From contig JALJEE010001010.1 of assembly GCA_023231475.1 (NCBI GenBank), positions 1 through 56,960 of the forward strand: 56,960 bases of DNA. The letters are read 5' to 3'. Position numbers and translations under genes: made by a program. This DNA comes from Seison nebaliae (taxonomy: Eukaryota). Each line of letters begins with the position of its first letter. Position 1 is the stretch's first letter. This document shows, one piece after another, positions 28,563 to 39,438 of this stretch. The notes beneath the pieces are model-generated. The model worked only from the letters and a program-made list of their open reading frames with translations, did no database searches and had not been told where the DNA came from.

Positions 28563-28657
28563 AGGGGATAGATTCTATCCCTTGACAATTTGGGATAGAA
28601 TTTTGGGAGCAATTAGGGAGCAATCTTTGCTCCCAATTTGACATCCCTGGGATAGAA
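28563..28657. repeat. Cluster of short GC-richer palindromes and direct repeats
   Basis: Hairpins gggataga-t-tctatccc (28565-28581), gggagcaa-tct-ttgctccc (28616-28634) and atccc-t-gggat (28643-28653); GGGATAGA x3 and GGGAGCAAT x2. Confidence 0.8.
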
Positions 28658-29058
28658 GAAAGATAAATATGGGGAACAAACAGTTTTTAATGGATTAACT
28701 TAAGATGTTATTGTCTATTGGTTAAAGATGCCATTCACCTCTATAAGGATCCATACTTTGATATTAACTTTTTCCAAAGACCAATAAAGGAAATTCATCG
28801 TCATAGATATGATTATATATTGAAACTCTGCCTTTTGTAGGGTCGATTTAAAAATATTTGTACTTTATTATTATTAGGGGATTATTTAAAAATGAGTTAT
28901 ATTAAAATGATGCTGATACTAACTTTGCTATAGTTATTAATAATTTTCTAACATAAAACTTATCATAATATGAACGAAATATTCATAACTTTCACTTAAC
29001 ACATTTTCCCTTTTCATTTCATTTCAATTTCTCTATTTAAGTTATTCATATTATCCTA

Positions 29059-30510
29059 ATGGATATTCAAAGTTATAAAACTTCTTTAATGGATAAAAGA
29101 CGGACGATTTTGAACCAATTAGCTAATAATTCAAGCAACAAAGTCGCCGGTTATCATAATGACAGGTTTTTAGGGGTTTGTGGAACTAATGTTCTATTGG
29201 GTATGATAATGTCAAGCAGAATTTTAATGAATATAATAGAATGCAAACATGAATGTTGCGAAGAACATTTTTATAGAGAAATGGATACTGTTAAGAATTA
29301 TATCCGAGGGCGTAAAATTGAATTACGACAATTTGATATTTGCCCATCTGATGTGTTGATAATGGGTATCAGTTCAACTTACAATAATAAAACATATAAA
29401 AGTGACTACGGAGTTGTTGGAGATTATTGTATTACACAAGCTTTTAAGAACCATGATATTAATAAGCCTTTGAATGAGGATGGAACTTACGATATAATTA
29501 AGAAACAGCTTACTATAAAAAAAGAATCACAAATACGATTTCATGTTTTACTAAAGGATTTATTTTCATTGAAATCGCGTGAAGGTACATCTTTTAATTT
29601 TAGGTACTCTTATTATGATAAAATCAAAGCATTAAATTTGGAAGTAGTTTCAAAAAACGTTATCTATGATATCTTTGAACCGAAACCATTTTCATTCTTT
29701 TATGCAGCTGATATTGGAGAGGATGTTATAGAAGATATTGCTAAAAAATTATATGATGATAAAATTTTTCCGAAACTAATTCATTTTTCAATTAAGCAAA
29801 AACCTAACTTAAGAATTCATCCTCATACTTTTAGTTTAATAGCTGAATTAATCGAAGAAGCGATTAGGAAGGACATCGTCCATAACTTAATCCCTAATTT
29901 TAGTTTGTTTATTTATCGAGTTTTGTTTACAGTGCCTAGGATACACAGTGCTCGACAGATTTATTTTTTTAAGGTTGGAAATAAAGAAGTACCTTATCAG
30001 TTGATAGCACTTTCTATTAGAATGATGAAAGAAGTTGAGGTAAAAATGAACGACATTTATAAGACATATGAAGATAGACCGGAATTACATGAGTGTATTA
30101 ACAAGTTTATTGAAAGGTCTAATGATGCTACGAGGAATAAAACTAATTATTATAAACAAATAATTTCATCGTACATTACTAATCATACAATTCTGTTCCG
30201 TTCAGTATGCAATGAAGTTCGACAAGGAAGAACACTATATGATATGGTAGTTAAAGCTCGTGGAATGCATACTTTCTCACTCAGTCTCGTTGAAGGGAGT
30301 TGGTTTCTGATGAATGATCAATTTTCTTTTAAAATAATGGATATAGAAACATTTACGGAAATGTTGGCTAATGAAAATGTCGATGGCATCTTATTCGAAA
30401 AGATCGACGATTCTTCGAAATGGGATGCTAAGTTGCAACGTCGTCTAATCGAAGGCGACAACCATTTTAAAATCAATTCCAAGAGAAACTATAAATTTAA
30501 CCTTTCTTAA
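29059..30510 (+). CDS. Intronless lineage-specific protein, putative divergent USP/C19-like cysteine protease (copy 2)
   Basis: 483-aa ORF that aligns end to end with 27074-28414 (e.g. IHFSIKQKPNLRIHPHTF, FKIMDIETFT.MLANENVDGIL). Motifs DRFLGVCGTNVLLGMI and HTFSLSLVEGSWFLMNDQ...DGILFEK. Confidence 0.7.
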   Translation: MDIQSYKTSLMDKRRTILNQLANNSSNKVAGYHNDRFLGVCGTNVLLGMIMSSRILMNIIECKHECCEEHFYREMDTVKNYIRGRKIELRQFDICPSDVLIMGISSTYNNKTYKSDYGVVGDYCITQAFKNHDINKPLNEDGTYDIIKKQLTIKKESQIRFHVLLKDLFSLKSREGTSFNFRYSYYDKIKALNLEVVSKNVIYDIFEPKPFSFFYAADIGEDVIEDIAKKLYDDKIFPKLIHFSIKQKPNLRIHPHTFSLIAELIEEAIRKDIVHNLIPNFSLFIYRVLFTVPRIHSARQIYFFKVGNKEVPYQLIALSIRMMKEVEVKMNDIYKTYEDRPELHECINKFIERSNDATRNKTNYYKQIISSYITNHTILFRSVCNEVRQGRTLYDMVVKARGMHTFSLSLVEGSWFLMNDQFSFKIMDIETFTEMLANENVDGILFEKIDDSSKWDAKLQRRLIEGDNHFKINSKRNYKFNLS

Positions 30511-30766
30511 CTATATTCTTGTGATTTATTTTGTTAATTACAGTGAGTTTCATTAATGTTCCGACATTTTAGTTTAATTGGAGAAAAAGATAGATATTAA
30601 CGAATTTTATTCAATTTAAATAATCGGTCCATTTCCATTTGCGAGTGACAATTTGTAAATAACGTCGATTCATCGATTTTACTAACAAGGGAAGTACCCG
30701 CTTCGTTAGTTCTGAAATTAGTTGAAAAAAATCAGAGGGCTTTGAAAAATAATGTAACGACGTTAT

Positions 30767-30971
30767 GCAAAAAATTAGTTGCGAAATTTTTACTGGCCGT
30801 GCATAAATTGAATTTATGTGCTCATTTATGTGACTATAAAGTTGTCGCATGTTCAAATTAATTAAATTTTTGTATACTTTTTTTTAATATGAAACAACTT
30901 TATACTCACATAAATGAGCACATGAATTCAATTTATGCACGGCCAGTAAAAATTTCGCAACTAATTTTTGC
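30767..30971. mobile_element. Fold-back/MITE-like element, about 86-bp inverted arms
   Basis: 30767-30853 is the near-perfect reverse complement of 30886-30971 (about 6 differences), with a ~32-nt AT spacer. No clear target-site duplication. Confidence 0.7.
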
Positions 30972-31330
30972 CTTCTGTTAGCAACACTACTCGTTTAAAA
31001 AAGAGAACAAGTTGAATTTAAATCAAAAATTTCATTATTTGATGGTATTGCCATCCATCGTGGAACATTATGACAAATAATCTGTATAATAATCTGGATA
31101 TAGTTAATAAACCCAAAATTTTTTAAAGTGCGAAGAATTTGAATTGATATTTACCACTTTTTTAATAAAAAAATTATTTTTGTAATTTTGAATATTTATA
31201 AGCCGACATTATAATAATTTAATAAAATAACAAACAAGTTATTTCGAAATAATTCTTGTACAAACTTGTTGGAATTATTGATATATAAATAACAAAATTA
31301 TTTATCATTTCGAAATTCTTTAAATTTAAT

Positions 31331-32746
31331 ATGCCTAGAGTAAATCTTCGTTCAGCAAAAAAGTTTACTGCAGAATTCCACGGAAAAAGAAAGTTGAGAG
31401 AAAGTTCTTTGAGTGAGGATGATAGTGTGACGATTGAAAAGACGACGAGATTAATAGACACAAAATTGGTAGAAAAAAATGGAATTCAAAACTTTCTGGA
31501 AAAAATTGAAGGAAACAAATTATCGAAAGATATTGATAAAGAAACAAAAGAAAAAACTGTAAAATGGGCTGATATGAATATAGGAAAGTTTGAGTGGAAG
31601 AATTATGGTGATCGAATGAAAGGAAATAATTATCAATGTATTTATTATTCATCGAATGATTTAGATGGAAAGAAGAAAATTGCTGGATTTGATATCGATT
31701 GGACAATAATTAAAACTAAATCAGAAAAAAAATTTCCTGTAAATTATAATGATTGGAAATTATTTTCATCGAATGTCATTCCTAAATTGAAAGAACTTCA
31801 CGATGATAATTTTCGAATTGTCTTTTTTACGAATCAAGGTGGAATTGAAACTGGAAAACAACAAACAAATTTACTAAAAAAGAAATTTGAAGAAATTGTT
31901 AAGAAAATTGGTCTTGAAATTCCAATATATTGTTGTGGAGAATCGAAAAGTATTTATCGAAAACCTTCAACGAAAATATTCGATTTATTTTTGGAAAAGT
32001 CAAATAAGAAAATGGAAATTGATCTTGAAAAAAGTTTTTATTGTGGAGATGCGGCAGGACGTCCAAAAGATTGGAAGAAAGGAAAATCAAAAGATTTTTC
32101 TTGTTCCGATAGAAAATTTGCAGCTAATTTAAAAATTGAATTTTATACACCAGAAGAATTTTTTGATGATGAAAAAATTTATAAGAAATTCGAATGGAAT
32201 TCTTATGATCCATGGAAAGGATTGAAAGAGAAGAAAGATTTAATGAAAAAAGAATATCATTCGAAAGATTTAGAAATGATAATTTTAGTAGGAATGCCAG
32301 CTTGTGGAAAAACTACTTTTGTTAAAGAATATTTATTACCATTTTATTATTCTCATATCAATCGAGATACTTTGAAGACAGCAAAAAAATGTTTAGAGGA
32401 AGCTGAAAAAAATTTAAAAATGAAAAAATCGGTTGTTATCGATAACACATCACCATCAATTTCAACTCGATCACTTTATTTGGATCTAGCTAAAAAATAT
32501 AAATGTAAATGTCGTTCGTTCTATTTTGATGTGCCAATAAATGTAACTAATCATCTCAATTCTTTACGTCAACTACAAACGAATGGAGATGTTAAGAAGA
32601 TTTCTTCTGTTGCTTATAATGTCTTTAAAAGCAAATATGAAAAACCAACAATTAATGAAGGTTTCAATGAAGTTCTGAGTATTCCATGGTTTCCTCACTT
32701 TCCAACTGAAAAAGAAAAACAACAATTTTTGCAATGGACAGAATAA
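31331..32746 (+). CDS. PNKP: Bifunctional polynucleotide 3'-phosphatase/5'-kinase, intronless, no FHA domain visible
   Basis: HAD motif FDIDWTII, FTNQGG, RKPS, FYCGDAAGR, DFSCSDRKFA, P-loop GMPACGKTT, INRDTL, VIDNT. Confidence 0.95.
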   Translation: MPRVNLRSAKKFTAEFHGKRKLRESSLSEDDSVTIEKTTRLIDTKLVEKNGIQNFLEKIEGNKLSKDIDKETKEKTVKWADMNIGKFEWKNYGDRMKGNNYQCIYYSSNDLDGKKKIAGFDIDWTIIKTKSEKKFPVNYNDWKLFSSNVIPKLKELHDDNFRIVFFTNQGGIETGKQQTNLLKKKFEEIVKKIGLEIPIYCCGESKSIYRKPSTKIFDLFLEKSNKKMEIDLEKSFYCGDAAGRPKDWKKGKSKDFSCSDRKFAANLKIEFYTPEEFFDDEKIYKKFEWNSYDPWKGLKEKKDLMKKEYHSKDLEMIILVGMPACGKTTFVKEYLLPFYYSHINRDTLKTAKKCLEEAEKNLKMKKSVVIDNTSPSISTRSLYLDLAKKYKCKCRSFYFDVPINVTNHLNSLRQLQTNGDVKKISSVAYNVFKSKYEKPTINEGFNEVLSIPWFPHFPTEKEKQQFLQWTE

Positions 32747-33107
32747 CATTATTACAAACTATAATTTCTATGACTTACATTCATTGCTTGTTAATATTTA
32801 AAGATATTTATCATCTTCGACATTCTTCTTAAAATTTTTCTTTCATTCTTTTTCTTTATTCTCTAAATTAAAGAGACAAATTATTTATTTCACAACAACT
32901 TTCATTAAATTTTCTTTAAATTAAACAATTATTTATCTTCATCAAACTTCGTAGTACGAGTTGTTCAATGAATGTTGTTACGTAAACACTAGAAATTGTT
33001 TGGATAAGTTTATTAAAATCTTTGAGTTGTGTGTCAAATTTTCGGTATAAAGATAAAACATGACAAATGATAAATAATCTAATGAATTTTTAATACAATT
33101 GTAAGTG

Positions 33108-35797
33108 ATGTCTGAGATGATTAATAAATATTATACCAGTTAGATAATTATCTTAATAACTCATTTATAATATTTATGCGGTTAGTTCCTTGTTATGGGG
33201 ATCTATTGTTCTATAACGATTATGGGAATAAGATAACACTGGTCTATACAAATGAATGTACGATAACTTATACATTTAAACTAATTACTCCGGATAATCT
33301 AGAAAAATATATACAATTATTATATGAACAAGTTTTGAAAGTTTTTATTTAACCATCGATATTAATGGTTCTTTCTTAATCAGTTGAATGGAAAAGCCGC
33401 AGATGTAACAGATGTCTTTGAGGTAGATGGAGAATGTCATGTAATAATCGATCATAACAGATTGTATCGAATAAGAAATATGAAAAGTATATCAGTTTCT
33501 TTCAAGAATATTTATGAATTTATTTTATTAGGAGATTTGTTGATGATCGGGAATTTTCTATCGGACACGTGAGTTTTATTCATTTATTTTTGATAAATTA
33601 TTAAACTTTTATTATAGTTTTCATTCGACTAGTCAAACTGTTTCCCAAACGTTAGACATAAGAATGATACATGAAAACAAATTTAGAGATACTTCATGGA
33701 AATGGAAATTGATATGGAATTGGCTTTCGTCTTCCGAAATTGTTACCGAGGACGAGTTCCATAAAGTTTGGACTTATTGGTGAATGAAAAGAGCGTTAAT
33801 TCTTTTTCAGAAACTAATCATTAAAAATCGTTTAAAAGAAGAATTATGTGAAAAACTTTACTTACCAAAATACCTTTCTAAAGTTTTTTCATTTTAACTA
33901 TAGTTCCAATTGAAATCAATCAAAGTTTATTGAAGAGATTTCAAATAATATATCCAACGAATATTTAATTTATTTGATTATTCAGGTTTCGTTTTAAAGT
34001 TGGAAATATTTTTTTAAACAAAATAATTAGGAGAAAAATCAGAATTTGTCCATCTCCGATCAGAATGACCGAACGATAAAAGAAATTGAGTATCTGTTCG
34101 AACATCTCAACTTAACTGAAATAACTTCACATAAAACTCATTTATTTTGGAATGAAGTTACTCAATAATTGAGCAAAATATCAAAAATTTTAATTTTTTT
34201 CCGTTTGAACAGTTGAGTAATTTGTTAGAAAATTATCGGTCGATTCTTAAATATGAGATATGGTTAAGATCTTCGATAGTTTTGGAAGAAAACAAGCAAA
34301 TAAATTTATTATGTTTATTGATTATGATCTTTCAAATTTCGAACGATCCTGTCACTACGAATGAATATATAAATTTGATTTTAAAGGAAACTAGTTTTTT
34401 CCATCAGCTTCACCAATCTGAAATGATCGACGAACAAAGTGATAATACTTACAATTATGTGGAAGACACATGTATGGCAATTTACCACGTAATGACGAAA
34501 ATAGATTTGAGAATTTTAACAAGAAATATTATTAAATTGTCATTAAGTCACAATGAGATCTGTGAAAAAATATTTTGGAAATTAATCTTTCAAGATATTC
34601 TGGATAATTCGACTATTTATCCAATTGTTTTCCATCAACTAATTGCAGCGAATATTCTTTATAAAGATGTCAACATCCATAAATTTCTTCCATCCAAAAA
34701 AACTGGTGATGAGAAGGTGATTTCTAAATTTGACTCGGTCGTATGGTTATTGGTATCGGCAATCATAGAAGATGAGAATTTAATCACTGCATCAACTACG
34801 ATTGCTAGACGTTTGATTTATTTCAGTTTTCATTCAGAAATCCAATCATCCAATTCTCCAAAACGTCAAGTTACAACTACCTAAATTAAAAAATTAAAAA
34901 AACATAAATAATGTTTCCAATAGATCTCCACCAATTTGAATATTCTAATTTATGACACTGTCTTACAAATAATTGAAATTTTATTTGAATCAAACTTCTC
35001 TCAACATCTACAATCATTTTATATGGAAGAAGTTATTCGAAAAATTAATTTACCATTTCTCATCACCTTAGCCAGTATGAGTATAATTTGGTTGGTTATA
35101 TTTGTTCAATTTTCATTCATCTTCTTTCGATAATAGTGGGAATTTGGAGAATTTTTTCTTAAATTTTTTAGAGAACCAAAAAAGAAAATTTAAGATGTTT
35201 CCAATAGAAGAATTGACAATTTTCATTCTAGCATGTTTCAACAAACCGTTCTGTACATTGTGCTCGAATTTCCTTCAGAAATATGAGAATTTTCGTATGA
35301 TCGAATATGACGGTTTGACGATCAACTTTCATGATTGGTTAGAAATGTTCGGAAGATCTTTGAATTCCAAAGGCACCAGTAGTGGACAGCGAAATAGCAA
35401 AAGAAAATATAAAGAAAACTTCTCATCACCAAAAGAATTGTTCGAGAAATATAAATTGAACATAGAAAACATTCTTAATCCAAAAGATTCATCAGTAATC
35501 CATAATGGATTATGCGAATTATATAGTTGTTGTCGATCGAATACAAATATACATATTGATCAGACATGTAAGAAATTATTCCTCAAATTAATTTACAATC
35601 AATTCTCCCGATTGTCGGATGATCAGCAAATCCATGAAGATAAATGGACGTCTATTATTTGCATCATTCCAAGAAACATATCGTTGCCAATGCTTCATCT
35701 TGATTTGACAACGGATTTCCCTTCTTTGGAAGAAAATATTTCCAAATTAATCAATTCGTCACTAAAACATCTTGCTCATCATGACAAGATTACATAA
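33108..35797 (+). CDS. Hypothetical multi-exon protein
   Basis: A chain of same-strand ORFs (33384, 34213, 34936, 35102) separated by short GT..AG segments. No recognisable domain; exon boundaries are approximate. Confidence 0.55.
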
Positions 35798-36030
35798 ATA
35801 TGGAGAAGAATCTACATATTAATTTATTAATTTCTTATTTGATATTACAATTATAAAGGAATATAATTAATTATAATTTCAATCATGGTTTAGTTGCTGG
35901 ATGTGGGCGATAAATTGTAAAATTATCTTTTCCAGAAGTCCATCATATTGCTTTATTCTCATAAATATTTAAAGTTATAAAGAACATGAAAAAAAATGTT
36001 TGTGAAGGAAGTTAAAGAGAATAAAAGAGA

Positions 36031-37092
36031 ATGTACAAAATCATCTTAATATTATCAGTCATCATTTCCATTTCCAAAGGACATGTTAATTTTTCAATTG
36101 AATTAAACTAATTTTGGAATTTCCGTAATGTTGATTAATGTAGGTAATTGATAAAATTGATATTTATGCTCAAGGTTGAAATTTAACTGAACTATATTCA
36201 ATCTTTTTAACTTTATTTTTTTACTACCTAATTTTTAAAAATTAGATTTATTTGAAGGGGATATAGAATTGACAGATGTAACTGAATTACCCGAATTCGA
36301 AGAATTATTAGTTAAATTGCCTCATAGCAATTAATCATTTCTATTTTGTTAAAGAAAAACGAAGATGTTGGTAGAACAGCTGTCTACAGCTTATTTGGTA
36401 ACCTTTATTGGTCTAATGGTATCGTTCCATACACGATCGATAAGAATACATTTAGTTCATTTCTTTTGAAGAACCTGCGCACCAATCAGTGCTTATAGGT
36501 ACCAGTCAAGTTAAGTATGTCGATACAGCTGTGAAACAGTTGGAAGATAAGGTTAACAGCGGATTATCAAAAAGATGTTTGACAATGAAACCTGCTGGTA
36601 ACAACGAAGGCCATATAGAATTTAGTGGAGATGCAACTGGTTGTTCGTCTGCGGTTATTTTTCGATTTTAGTTTTTTTAAGTACAATTTTTTTCGGTATG
36701 AAAAGGTTGGAAAGAAATTGCGAAACGGAAAACATAAAGTTAGTTTGGCAAATCCTGGTTGTGTGCACACGGATATCATTCAACACGAACTGATGCATGC
36801 TCTCGGATTCCGTCATGAACAATCGCGACCTGATCGAGATAGTTTCGTGCGAATTATGTGGAATAATGTGAAACCGGGAAAAGAACATAATTTTAACAAA
36901 TACTCCACATTCAATACACGAACATTTAATTCAAGCTACCATTACACTTCGATTATGCATTATAAAAAGAATGCATTTAGTAAGAACGGTTATGCAACAA
37001 TCGAACGATTGAATACAACCGGTACAGTAGGAGGATATTTATTAACTACCGAAGATATTCGTCGTATTCGAGTATTATATAATTGTGCATAA
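36031..37092 (+). CDS. Astacin-family (M12A) secreted metalloprotease, 6 exons
   Basis: Signal peptide, prodomain DLFEGDI, WSNGIVPY, GCSSAVG, HELMHALGFRHEQSRPDRD, Met-turn SIMHY, terminal LYNC. Introns 36085-36143, 36175-36245, 36311-36354, 36455-36498 and 36654-36705. Confidence 0.95.
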
Positions 37093-37485
37093 ACTTTTAT
37101 TATCATTTCAGTTTATATTGTGTATTATAATTGGATAATAAACAACTCGATAAACTTAAGTCCCTTTAATCCTATATAATGATATGAATAATCATATGAT
37201 ATGTTGATATGAATACACAATATAATTAATTATTGTTTTATAGAAATAATTATTTTCCATCAATGAGATATGAGACATAAAAATGGGAAAATAAGACATA
37301 AAATTTATGGAAAATTTATTATGGATTAAAAGAAAATATTAAGAAAGTAGTTATAAGGAAATGAAAATTTACATATTCCTTTCCATTCATATGTCAAAAG
37401 AAATTGATAGAAATCGATAACCAATTAAGATAAGTCTGTTAAGTGCATCTAGCGTTAATAATTATGTAGTTAAGAGCATGCTCAA

Positions 37486-39438
37486 TCAACGACCGAAATG
37501 TGATTTTATGATGTGTATAGCAAAATCAGAAATTTCGGGGTATTTCCGATATTTCTTTTTATAGATTGTTGTTGGTTCAAGATTCTGAGTTGTTAACAAG
37601 GATCTGGATGAAGCAGTTTGCCGATAACGGGCTCGAACGGGCAATAGCGAGTTTCGGAATATTGATTCTCGCTTTGGAATTATCGTTGTAATATGTTCAA
37701 TTTTAAGAACATCAATTTTTGATTTCTGTCACAAAATAAATATAAATAAACAAGATTTATTTATATGAGGAGTTTATAAGATATCTAACTTTTATTGGCA
37801 TAAGTGTGGGAATTGTTTGATAATCAGATATTCCGACGTCCTTCATAGTTCCTATTACTTCTCTAGATTGTTGTTCGAAACCATAAGGATATACAGATTT
37901 ATATGATAGATTGGGAAATAAAGAGAATATGTGATCGATTTGTCTTAGAATATTGGTTGGAACGATCTTTTTAGTTCCATTATCAATTGGTCTACCGATA
38001 CTTGGTAAAATTTCGTTATGTTCAATGTAAGCATCAATTTCGTTTTGTACAGCGTGTTTAAACCGTTTTGGTAAATTGAAATTGATTAAAGCTTCGTTTA
38101 TTTCACGTGCAACCGTTCCTCGTCGTATTTGGAAGAAAGTTCTTCCTATATTATTGAAAATATGAAGAAGATCCGTATATGTTGAATATGGTAATACACT
38201 CTGATTCCTATGGAAGTAGTACCATAATTTTAACTGTTCCATATAATATACATTGATTTTTTCAACTAAGTTTTCATCTGCCACTGTATCACCATAAGTG
38301 ATAAGAAAGAAACTGATCTTCTGTAACACATCTCGAAACGCGTGTGGTTCATTCTGATGTGTTATCGTTCTAATAAATTGATAATATGAATTTGGAACGC
38401 TTTTCCCAAGATAACTAATAGTTTTCGAATTCTCCTCCAAATTAATCAGTTCCTTTACTCGTTTGTGTCTTTTTGGTGGCTTTACTACTTTTTCACTATC
38501 CTTTTCACTATCTCGTCTTTGCAACGTTTTTTTGCTTCCACGTTTTCTTCGAATATTTGGATTCTCCAAGTTGCTCGCCATATTTCCCAAATACATGCTT
38601 GATGGAACACTAAATAATTGATTAGAAAAGAAGAAACTTTAAAATATGAACATTCGATTTTTCCTTCCACCAGTCGAGTTGGGATCGGTAGAAACGGTCA
38701 ATGCTATTGTGCTAGCAGATGATAATGTTGCTCTTGGTCTGAGACTAGATTGTTTAGACATGAGTTCCGTATGATTGATATCATTGCGATTCATGTCTCT
38801 GATTTTCTCCAAATTCTCTCGAGTCCTATTATGATAATATTGTCGATCTAAATTATTTTGAATTTAAATTTTAACAAATTTCAATTTAAATATTGATAAG
38901 AAGATGAACCTACAATTCCTTGTTCCATCATTTTCTCAAACTTCTTTATTCTATCACGTGACACTATAATGATATTCGGATCTTGTCGATTGATAAAAAG
39001 ACCATATTTCAGTAGACATTCTTGGTCTATAAAATCTCGTCTTAAAAATTTGGATTATAACTTCTACTTTTATTAGTAAAATAATTAGAAGAAAACCTAC
39101 TATATCGATAACCCATTACCATTTTCTGATTTTGAATTTGTAATTTTTTCTTATGTCTTCCTACTTTTCTCCTTAATTGATCTCGAAATTGCGCATATTC
39201 TACCATTAACGTTTTCGACTTTATCCTTGATGCATGTGCCTGTTCAGTCCTAAGTGAAAAAGGCCGCATAGTCCTTCTTCTACCTAAAACGCTCTTATTT
39301 TTCTCAGCTTCACTCTTTCCCGCATTCTTCAATAATGGGTTCTCAAACACCACATCATGAGGTAATCGAATGTTATCTTCAAAAAAGTCAATAATTTCTA
39401 AAAAATACTATGTAAATCAAACCTAAAAGACATGGCAT
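37486..39438 (-). CDS. Hypothetical multi-exon basic protein
   Basis: ORFs 39042-39353 and 37757-38596 plus an open terminal exon ending at TGA 37486, separated by GTT..AG segments. Start codon uncertain; no domain recognised. Confidence 0.55.

Noticed and set aside
30611..30856. 81-aa minus-strand ORF
   Set aside because: It starts within the fold-back arm at a non-ATG codon and shows no protein features.
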